From NCBI RefSeq assembly GCF_006345805.1, contig NW_021825896.1, positions 1 through 14,134 of the forward strand: a stretch of 14,134 bases of DNA, written 5' to 3'. The notes under the pieces are model-generated. The model had not been told where the DNA came from. It did no database searches and saw nothing but the letters and a program-made list of their open reading frames with translations. This document shows positions 1-8,133 of the stretch, piece after piece. Both the position numbers and the translations under genes were made by a program. Source of the DNA: Octopus sinensis. Lineage: Eukaryota. Each line of letters opens with the position of its first letter. Positions within the stretch are counted from its first letter, which is position 1.

Positions 1-349
1 GGGTGGGGGCGTATGTAGCGTGCCAGCGTGTGTCGAGTAGTAGTGTGTGTGTGTGTCCAGTGTCGTGGTAGTATTAATGGCGAGTAGATTGAATGTGTGT
101 AAGAGTAATGTATATATTTAAGCAATGTGTGTATATGTGTGCGCGTGTGTGTAACGAAAAAGGGGGGGTTAAGGAAAAAGGACTCCAGCTGAGGGGAAGA
201 TGGAAGAGTGGTCCCGCGGAGACGGGCGTGGGAAAACCCAACGACAAGCGACAGTCCCAGGAACGGGCGGGAGGTCTCGTCGGGTCCAAGAGCGAGGTGA
301 ATGCGGCGCGTATGCGTGCGCGAACCAGCGCAAGCGCGTGTGTGCGCGC

Positions 350-780
350 GCCTGCGAGTATGCGCGTAAGTATGTATGTGTGTGGATGTGTGAGTGTGTC
401 TGTGTGTATGTCTGGGTGGCAGTGTGTCCGATGAATGTATGTGAGTATGTGTGTATATATGTGTGTGCATAGATGTATGTCCGTGTGTGTGTGTGTGTGT
501 ATGTGTATGAGTGTGTATGTATGTACGTGTGGGTGTGGGGAAGTGTGTGTATGTGCATGTGTGTGCGCGTACATACAGGTGTGTGAGTGAGTGTGTGTGT
601 GTGTATGTATGTGTGAGTGTGTATGTATGTGTGTATAGGATGCATGTATGTGTATGGGTGTATGTATGCGTGTGTGTATGTATGTATGTGTACGTGCGTG
701 TGTGTGTGTATGCATGTGTGTGTATGTAGGTGTGTAGGCGTGTGTGTATAGGTGTATGTATGTAAGTATGTATGGGTGTG

Positions 781-810
<30 letters not shown>
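350..810. repeat. Degenerate (GT)n/(GTAT)n microsatellite ending in a (TA)n tract (786-810)
   Basis: Directly visible simple repeats. They generate the His/Thr/Tyr and Val/Cys pseudo-ORFs. Confidence 0.95.
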
Positions 811-811
<1 letters not shown>

Positions 812-915
812 TGATAAAAATGGCAAGACAACAAAAGAATGAAAGAGACCTCGATATTATGTAAATAGAGGAATTTATCTGTAAATGTAATATGTGACAA
901 TTATTCAGTAGCCAT

Positions 916-971
916 GATAAAACTCCGAGTTTCGAATGCCGAGGTGGAAATCCACCATCTCTTCAGTTATT
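916..971 (-). ncRNA. Minimal type-I hammerhead ribozyme motif (family 1, arm A)
   Basis: Minus strand reads AATAA-CUGAAGA-GAUG..CAUU-C-GAAAC-UCGGA-GUU-UUAUC: core boxes, hairpin stem II, near-palindromic stem III, GUU cleavage triplet, 4-bp stem I. Confidence 0.65.
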
Positions 972-1025
972 CGGCCATCGGGAAAATGCTATGAAAAATT
1001 TTTCATTGCGTTTTCCCGATGGCCA

Positions 1026-1086
1026 GATAACTGATGAGATGGTGGCGTGGATTTCCACCTCAGCATCCGAAACTCGGAGTTTTATC
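1026..1086 (+). ncRNA. Minimal type-I hammerhead ribozyme motif (family 1, arm B)
   Basis: GATAA(1026-30) CTGATGA(1031-37) GATG..CATC C GAAAC(1069-73) TCGGA GTT(1079-81) TTATC(1082-86). Perfect 5-bp stem I; predicted cleavage after 1081. One extra C precedes G12. Confidence 0.75.
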
Positions 1087-1122
1087 ATGACTACCGAATA
1101 ATTATCACATTACATTTACAGA

Positions 1123-1161
1123 TATATATATATATATATGTATATATATAAATATATATAT

Positions 1162-1231
<70 letters not shown>
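1123..1231. repeat. (TA)n microsatellite
   Basis: Directly visible. Confidence 0.97.
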
Positions 1232-1236
<5 letters not shown>

Positions 1237-1258
1237 ACGTACGCCGCTATATATATAA

Positions 1259-1470
1259 AAAAGAATACAAAACATGGGACAAGAACGTAACAGGCGACAA
1301 GACATCCAGACAGTTAGATGATACAAAAAGGCACAAGAAAAAACAAGGACGGGTCATTCGGAGTTTTCTTTCGTCAGTCGAGTTCCAGATTATCTTTGCA
1401 GTTTCGGCTGGTTATACTCGAGACTGCTCCAGTCTGGCCACCCCCAAGGAAAATCGAAGCTAAGAGCACT
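1259..1470 (-). mobile_element. Short interspersed repeat, family 2 (diverged copy E)
   Basis: Its reverse complement shares blocks with 1601-1877 and 8134-8420 (TGCTCTTAGCTT, GGGGG, AGTATAAC, GCCGAAA/CCCGAAA, CTGGAAC, GAAAGAAA, GAATGA). Its 3' end runs into TATATATA. Confidence 0.7.
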
Positions 1471-1598
1471 ATATGAATATATATGTATATATAGATATGT
1501 ATATATATATGTATATATATGTGTGTGTGTGTGTGTGTATGTGTGTGTGTGTGTGTATGTATGTATGTGTGTGTTTGTGTATATATAAAATATATATG
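1471..1598. repeat. Mixed (TA)n/(GT)n microsatellite
   Basis: Directly visible. Confidence 0.95.
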
Positions 1599-1600
1599 TA

Positions 1601-1874
1601 TTGTTTGTTTTTGTCTTTGTTGCCGTACACATTCGTTAGCTTTCTCACAAAGGGGTCTAATGCTCTTAGCTTAGAGATTTTGGGGGCAACCAGATTGGAC
1701 CATCTTAAGTATAACTGCCCGAAATGGTCGTGACTCCTGGAACTTGACTAAGGAAAGAAAGTCATGAATGAGACGTTTTATTTTGTCTGTCCTTCTAATT
1801 ATTGTTTCTGTTGTCCGCCTTTGTATCGTCTATCTGTCCAAATGTTTTAATGTCCTCTATTGCGTTTTTGTTTC

Positions 1875-1877
<3 letters not shown>
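1601..1877 (+). mobile_element. Short interspersed repeat, family 2 (copy F)
   Basis: Clearly alignable by eye with 8134-8420 (e.g. TTTTTGTCTTTGTTGCCGTACACATTCGTTAGCTTTCT and TAACTGCCCGAAATGGTCGTGACT shared). Ends at (TA)n 1878-1915. Confidence 0.85.

Positions 1878-1915
<38 letters not shown>
1878..1915. repeat. (TA)n microsatellite between two converging element 3' ends
   Basis: Directly visible. Confidence 0.97.
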
Positions 1916-1916
<1 letters not shown>

Positions 1917-2013
1917 CGGGAAGCTTTATGAAAATAGACAAAAGACGAAGGCAGGTGGAAAACAAACAAACAATTGTATTAGTATGGCGCTCAGGAAATA
2001 TAAATAAAACAAG

Positions 2014-2051
2014 TCTTTAACGTTTCGAGCCTACGCTCTTCAACAGAAAGA
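2014..2051 (-). ncRNA. Minimal type-I hammerhead ribozyme motif in the PLE 3' end (variant core CUGUUGA)
   Basis: Minus strand reads TCTTT CTGTTGA A GAG CGTAGG CTC GAAAC GT T AAAGA: 5-bp stem I, 3-bp stem II, ACGT palindrome as stem III, GUU triplet. A6 is replaced by U. Confidence 0.7.
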
Positions 2052-2222
2052 TACACAGAGAAAAAAAAACACAGAAAGAAGGAGAGAAAAAAAATGCGTG
2101 CAGTAACTAACGAATCAACATGGCGATCTGATTTCGGCCAGAGGTCAAAGATCAAACATGAGACGCGAGAGCGAAATAAGGGGAGATAATAGGGTTGATA
2201 ATAGGGTTGAATGACCCTAGGA

Positions 2223-2428
2223 TAGGTCTGGACAGGCGTATGTATGGGGTTGGTGTATGTATTAGTATGTATTAGTACGTATTAGTATGTATAAGTGTGT
2301 GTGTGTGTGTATGAGAGAGTATAAGTGCGTATGAGGGGTCTGGATGTGTGTATGTATGGGGTTGGTGTATGTATTAGTATGTATTAGTACGTATTAGTAT
2401 GTATTAGTTGGTGTATGTATTAGTATGG
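2223..2428. repeat. TATTAGTATG-type minisatellite inside a ~115-bp tandem duplication (PLE 3' UTR)
   Basis: The block GTATGTATGGGGTTGGTGTATGTATTAGTATGTATTAGTACGTATTAGTATGTAT occurs twice. Confidence 0.85.
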
Positions 2429-2469
2429 CACATCATATATGATTGATGTAAAGTCGTGTGGTGTAGTGA

Positions 2470-2744
2470 GGAGAAGAGGGGGAGGGGGAGAAGAGGGGGA
2501 GAGAGAAGGGGAGGGAAATAAGAGGGGGAAGAGGGGGAGGGGAGATGGAAGGGGAGGATGAGGGAGGAAGGAGGAAAGAGGGGAGGGGGGAGAGAAGGGG
2601 AGTGAGGGAGCAGAGGGAAGAGGGAAGGAGGGAGGGAGAAAGAGGGAAGAGGGAGGGAGTAGGATGAAGGACTGAAGAAGTAGGGGTCGGGGGGAAGGAT
2701 AGGTGAGGAGGGGGGAGAGGGGGGTTAGATGAGGAGGGGGGAGA
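2470..2744. repeat. Polypurine (G/A) low-complexity tract (polypyrimidine on the PLE sense strand)
   Basis: Directly visible GGGGA/GAG runs. Confidence 0.9.
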
Positions 2745-5613
2745 GTTGAGACCAAATGGCGTATAAGAGCGAAGAGAGAAGATTAATTCCTGTTCACGGC
2801 GCAAACGGGAATCCGGATGGCCTCTGTGTAAGGACAAACCGAACACAGATAGGTGTTGCAAGGAGTGACCGTGGAGCGGAAATGGCGTGAGACCGGTGTG
2901 ACGTTCGCAAGTGGATGTCACGAAGGTGTTCCGCGAACCGGTCAGCCACGGCGTCCCGTTTGTCCGATGTACAAGGAATTGCAGAGAGAGCAAGAGACGC
3001 AATAGATAATATTGCTGGAGGTGCAGGAAGGAGTGGATGATGGGATAGGGTCGATGGTGGGTGCTAGTGAGGCGGTGGTGTTGGAGAGGTAAGGACAAGT
3101 GCGGCAACGTGGGCGGGAGCAGGGGAACGAGCCGGGTTGGGAGGTAGGGTCAGGGAAGGAGCTATGGACCAAAAGGTCTCGAAGGTTGTGGGCTCGTTTG
3201 AAAGAGGGGAGGGGTCGGTTAGGGATGAGGTGTGAAGTGGACGGGTCGGACTGGAGATGACGGAAAGCTCGAAGAATGGTGCGTTGGAGACGTAGGTCGT
3301 GGGGTGGTAAGTGAGGGGAAAAGGGAGGCGGGAGACTACAGGGCGGGTTCGGGGAGAGAGAGCAGATACACGTCCACGGACCGTGCTCTGGCAAGGGCGG
3401 TGTGGATAGTGGTGGGGGGTATCCACGTAGGGTGAAGTGGTGAGCCATACGTTGAGACTGAGTCTCAAAGTCATGGTCGTCACTACAGAGCCTACGTTAC
3501 GGAGGAATTGGGAATAGGGGATGGAAAGCTTGGTGTGTTCTGGGTGGGAGGAGAGAAGTTTAGGTATGAGTGTGAGTCTGTGTTTTGTAGTGAATGGAGG
3601 TGGTAAGAGTGGAGTGAAGAATGCTAACCGAAATGTCGAGGAAGGAGACAGAGGTGTTGGAGATAGTGGAAGTGAAGTGGAGGGCTGGATGGAAAGATTG
3701 GACGAAAGAGAGGAAGGAATCTAGATGTTCACGGGAGAGTGAGGTGGCACCGATAATGTCGTCAATGTAACGACCATATAGTTCAGGAGTGGGACCAGTG
3801 AAATTAGAGAATATTTGGGCCTCAACATAGCCAACGAACAGGTTCGCATAGTTGGGGCCCATTCGCGTTCCCATGGCCACTCCCGAGAACTGATGGTAGA
3901 ACTCGCCCGTGAACGAGAAGCAGTTGAGAGTAAGGACAAGTTCGGCCAGACGAATGAGTGTGGAGGTGTCAGGTACAGGGTTAGAGCGGAGGTCAAGAAA
4001 GTGTCTAAGGGCCTGCAATCCTTCGTGGTGAGGGATAACAGTATAGAGGCTTTGGATGTCCATAGTAAAAAGGATTTTGGAGGAGCCGGGAGGAAAGGAG
4101 AAAGAGTTGAAAAGCCAAAGAGCATGGTTGGTATCGTGGATGTGGGAGGGAAGAGATGCCACTAGGGGGGCAAGGACACGGTCGAGGTATTTAGAGATGA
4201 GCTCCGTGGGGCAGTTACAGGCGGAGACGATGGGGCGGCCAGGGTTGTTGGGTTTGTGGATTTTGGGGAGGAAGTAAATGGTGGGGGTACGTGGGGTTCG
4301 CACAATTAGGTTGGATGCGGTGCGGGGGAGACGGGAGGACGAGATGAGGTCGCGGACAGTAGAGGATACCGTCTGTTGGTAGCTACGTGTGGGGTTAGAG
4401 GACAGAGGGGAATAGAAGGAGGTGTCATTGAGTTGGCGGAAAGCCTCGGCCCTATAGAGGTCCGCGCACCACACCACTACAGCTCCACCCTTGTCAGCCG
4501 GTTTGATGATAATGTCAGCGCGCCGTTGGAGGGAACGAAGAGCCAAGAGCTCAGCCGGGGTGATGTTGAGGCGGCGTTGGCGCCTGGAGAAGTTGAACCG
4601 CTCCAATGCATGCTGACAAGCGCCCGCGAAAAGATCCACTGCTAGGATCTGGCCAGGGGCAGGCGTCCACGGGGATGGTCGGCGGCCCAGGCCAGTGAAG
4701 CAGTCCTCTTCGTTGGGTGTGGGTGGCGAGTCGTGGTAATGCGCACCCAACCGGACACGGCGCACAAAGCTGTGGACATCAACTCGCGTCTGGAATTCCT
4801 TACAGGATGGAGTGAGGGGGATGAAACGCAGACCCCTACCAAGTACGGAGCGTTCAGCCGCAGAGAGGGGAAGATCGGGGGGATGGTAACACAGACGGAA
4901 GTGGAGAAGGGGTGGGTGAATAGAAGTAGGAGGGGTGGTTGGTCTCGTGGAGGTCTGAGGGGGAGGGATTGGGGAGGTGTGTGGGGGTGGTTGGGAGGGG
5001 CAGTAGGGTTAGGTGTAGGTGGATGGAGCCTATCGGGAGGGGAGAAGGGGTTGTAGGGAGGGGCAGTGGGGTTAGGTGTGGGTGGATGGAGCCTATGGGG
5101 AGGGGAGAAGGGTGGTGGAGGAGTTGGGGTAGTGGCGTCGGGTAGGGTGGAATGGAAGAGTGATTGGAGTTTACGAAGTTTGGTATCAGAAAGAAATTGA
5201 TGGAAGAGTTGATTCAAATGGATAGTGAAGCGTAGCGTGTTTGGAGCATAGAGAGGCGGCAGAGAGGAGAAGAAGGTGGAGAAAGCAGGAGGAAGAAGGC
5301 GGTTGATGGCATGTAGTTTAGAGAGATTGGAGCGAATGGTGGCCCGCATAAGGCGGTAAGATGTGGTGCGGAGTATGGGTAAGATGGAAGAATCCGAGTG
5401 GAGAGCAGGGTGGAAGTGGAGGCGGAAACCTTTAGGGATGAGTCGGTGATGTAGGCAGCGGCTTAGGAAAGAGACATGGCTAGAGAAGCGGTTTTTTTTA
5501 AAAAGAAGTAGAGAGAGATTAACGGACGGCTGAAGGCAATATACAGGAAGAGAACGGAGATGATCCTTCAAACGGTGATGGAGGGTGTGGAGGTAGGACC
5601 TAGGATCCGGCAT
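2745..5613 (-). pseudogene. PLE polyprotein (N-terminal domain - RT - Cys linker - GIY-YIG endonuclease), frameshifted as assembled
   Basis: Likely ATG at 5613 (MPDPRS). N-terminal HVSFLSRCLHHRLIPKGFRL; RT YIDD at 3758-3769; CxxxxCxxC at 3095-3121; SNIIYCVSC..LYIGQT..ADRFAEH; REQELIFSL..PFGLN ending at 2745. Pieces are stitched from ORFs 4642-5652, 3560-4765, 3064-3483, 2942-3448 and 2433-3107. Confidence 0.9.
4994..5112 (-). repeat. In-frame 63-bp tandem duplication encoding a 21-aa Pro-rich unit
   Basis: FSPP(H/D)RLHPPTPNPTAPP occurs twice. On the + strand GGAGGGGCAGT starts at 4994 and 5057. Confidence 0.9.
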
Positions 5614-5616
5614 GAT

Positions 5617-5752
5617 GGGATAGCGGAAAAAAACAAACGTTCGAAAAAACAAAAAAAAACAAAAAACAAAAAATTATCGTATGAAAAAAATAGAAAAAAG
5701 GATAGCGAAAAAAGGGGAAAAAACAAACGTTCAAAAAAACAAAAAAATAATA
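5617..5752. repeat. A-rich tract (T-rich on the PLE sense strand) with a duplicated GATAGCG..AAAAAACAAACGTTC motif
   Basis: The motif occurs at ~5618-5642 and ~5701-5732. Confidence 0.8.
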
Positions 5753-6049
5753 TTTAATGTATATAGATTAAATTATAGTATTTTAGTTTTCACTTAAAGT
5801 ATATTTTATATTATATATATATATATATTTGTTTTAATTTAATTAATTGTTTTTCAATTTCTAGTAATGGTATATAATAGTTTGTTATCCTTTTCTTATA
5901 TAAGTTAAAAATTTTATTTTTATAATAAATATTTATACCTATTTATTCTATTTTTAGTTACACCAGAATATATTTGTTAAGATATTTCGTATTTTACAAG
6001 ATTATATACCTTTATTTAATTATTTAATAATTTTACTGTTTTTTAACTT

Positions 6050-6132
6050 TGACCTGAAGAGTGGCTATATTTAAATTAAATTGATTTTGTTGTTATCAGT
6101 TCTTAAATATAGCCACGAAACACGTGTAGTCA
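6050..6132 (+). ncRNA. Type-I hammerhead ribozyme with a long stem II, inside an AT-rich module (~5760-6280)
   Basis: TGAC CTGAAGA GTGGCTATATTTAA [28 nt] TTAAATATAGCCAC GAAA CACGTG TA GTCA. All core nucleotides are canonical; 14-bp perfect stem II; ACACGTGT palindrome; GUA cleavage after 6128; 4-bp stem I. Confidence 0.88.
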
Positions 6133-6267
6133 TTTTACCAAATACATACATTTTATTTATTATTTTGTACGTTACTTAATCATAGGTATATAATTTTTCT
6201 CTATAGGATGTTATTTTTTTCTATATGGTATAATTAATTTTTTCATTGTTGAATTGATAAAAGGTGT

Positions 6268-6298
6268 TTTTTCCAATTTATATATTTATCTATATATA

Positions 6299-6353
<55 letters not shown>

Positions 6354-6412
6354 TATATAATATATCATATTATATATATTATATTATATTATATTATATT
6401 ATATTATATATA
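6268..6412. repeat. (TA)n / (TATAT)n microsatellite
   Basis: Directly visible. Confidence 0.95.
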
Positions 6413-6508
6413 AAATCATTATATTTTGTGAGATTTGATTTAGTATTTCTAAATTGAAATTTTCCCTGAAAGTTTGGAATAATATTCCCTAATATTATTG
6501 TGTGTGTG

Positions 6509-7680
6509 TTTGTAAATATATGTGACAATTATTCGGTAGCCATGATAAAACCCCAAGTTTTGGATGTCTGGGCGGAAAAAATGCTATGAAAACGACCGTT
6601 AAACAAAAAAAATTACTGTGATTCACCGTTATTAAGACAAAAGAGCTATTAGAATGACCACTAAGGGGAGGGAGTAAAGGTAAGGGAGTAAAAATGTTCA
6701 TAGTAATCGTGTAAGCTCGTATGTCCATACATACACATGCGCGCCCGCACTCCCACGTATATGCGCTTATATGTATATACTCATCCACCCTCACTTGAAA
6801 CACACACATGCACACCCAAAATATTCGCCAAAAAATATATATTCATACCCGCATACATGCTCGCACACACACACGCGCACAAAAAAGGTTCTTTCACACG
6901 TCTATATACACACATGCACAAGAAAAAACAGGGAAAATCAGGAAAAAACCGTCTATAGACGTGTGTATAAACCTTTTTTGTGCGTGTGGGGGGTATATAG
7001 ACGTGTGCGGGTTTATGCGTATATAGACGTGTGTGTGCGTGCATGCGAGTATGTGAGTATATAGACGTGTTGCTTACTTTTGTTGCTTACTTTTTGTTGC
7101 TTACTCTTGTTGCTTACTTTTTACACTTTTTTTTACACATTTTTCTGTATTTTGCCTTTAGCGCTGTTTTTCTTGTGCATATGCGTATATAAACGTGTGT
7201 ATGAACATTTTTGTGCGAGCGTGTATGCGGGTATGAATATTTATTTTTTGGCGAATGTGTGGGTGAGCATGTGTGTGTTTCAAGTGAGGGTGGTTGAGTA
7301 TATACATATAGGCGCATGTACGTGGGTGTGCGGGCATGCATGTGTATGTATGGACATGCGCGCTCACACGATTACTATGATCATTTTTACTCCATTACCT
7401 TTACTCCCTCCCCTTACTTAGCGGTCATTCTAATAGCTCTTTTGTCTTAATAACGGTCAATCACACAGTAATTTCCCTTTGTTTCACGGTCATTTTCATA
7501 GCGTCTTTTGCGATGGCCCGATAACTTAAGAGATGCCGGCGTGGGTTTCCGCCCCAACATCCGAAACTCGAGGTTTTATCATGGCTACCGACTAATTGTC
7601 ACATTTACAAATAAATTCCTCTATTTACATAATATCGAGGTCTCTTTCATTCCTTTGTTGTCTTGCCATTTCTGTCAATA
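6509..7680. mobile_element. Long foldback element, family 1 (arm C - strand 6509-6930, arm D + strand 7165-7680, spacer 6931-7164)
   Basis: The arms are reverse complements over ~420 bp (e.g. TTATTAAGACAAAAGAGCTATTAGAATGACC vs GGTCATTCTAATAGCTCTTTTGTCTTAATAA). 7605-7680 matches the reverse complement of 811-885. Confidence 0.88.
7520..7580 (+). ncRNA. Degenerate hammerhead motif (family 1, arm D)
   Basis: GATAA CTTAAGA GATG..CATC C GAAAC TCGAG GTT TTATC. Stems are retained but core G5 has become U, so it is probably inactive. Confidence 0.55.
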
Positions 7681-8133
7681 TATATATAGCGGCGTACGTA
7701 AACCCTTGTGCTCACCTTATAGTAGGTATTTATCTAAATTTTGTACGACTCTTACTTCATCTTTTATTCCACCTCTAATTTTTCTTCTGTTTTCTCGCTC
7801 CCCATCTCTCACATTTCCTGACCCTCTCTTTTTTTAATTCTCACTATTTCCTACTCGTTCATTTCTCCTGTACCTTTCTCATCTTTCAATCACGCTGTCC
7901 CTTACCCATCTCTCCTCTTTCCTCAAGAGCAGTGTCCGGCCAGTCATGATCTTTCTTTCTTGGCCTGACTACCGACCGCCAACACTTCTTATGTCCATTT
8001 CCTATGTTCCTGCCTTTAGGCTTTCACTTCATACACGCCAGCTCAATTTGATTTGTTCTCAATCGAAAGACACCTGTTGTTATTTCTTATTTGTATTCGT
8101 TATTATGTATAATGCTCTCCGTTTTTTCTTGTT

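Larger units (their letters stand above)
811..1122. mobile_element. Short foldback (head-to-head palindromic) non-autonomous element, probably PLE-derived; family 1, arms A(-) and B(+)
   Basis: 877-998 is an imperfect reverse complement of 999-1123, centred on the perfect palindrome ATGAAAAA|TTTTTCAT (991-1006). Both ends abut (TA)n. Homologous to the arms of 6509-7680. Confidence 0.85.
1916..5760 (-). mobile_element. Penelope-like retroelement (Neptune-type), near full length
   Basis: RT with PLE motifs (KPADKGG, YFLPKIHK, GRPIVS, DIQSLYT, GVAMGT, RYIDD), Cys linker CSRPRCRTC, C-terminal GIY-YIG nuclease, and a 3' UTR with an HHR. The 5' boundary is approximate. Confidence 0.93.

Noticed and set aside
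74-900. Long ORFs rich in His/Thr/Tyr or Val/Cys (also 1390-1733, 6254-7421, 13214-13672)
   Set aside because: Translations of (CA)n/(GT)n/(TA)n simple repeats with no domain content.
2185-2210. TAGGGTT doublet as a telomeric seed
   Set aside because: The unit is GATAATAGGGTT, not tandem TTAGGG.
2940-2945. TGA after YIGQTGRRG as a possible selenocysteine codon (as in Naiad PLEs)
   Set aside because: A small indel restores the expected LADRFAEH frame, and the nuclease is C-terminal rather than N-terminal as in Naiads.
3452-3468. Palindrome TTGAGACTGAGTCTCAA
   Set aside because: Lies inside the PLE coding frame (FETQSQ); a single short hairpin with no other support.
3232-5145. Plus-strand ORFs overlapping the PLE
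   Set aside because: Antisense shadows of a C/T-rich coding strand; no recognisable motifs.
7068-7120. Four TGTTGCTTACT direct repeats (CRISPR-like?)
   Set aside because: No unique spacers and a eukaryotic context; it is a minisatellite in the foldback spacer.
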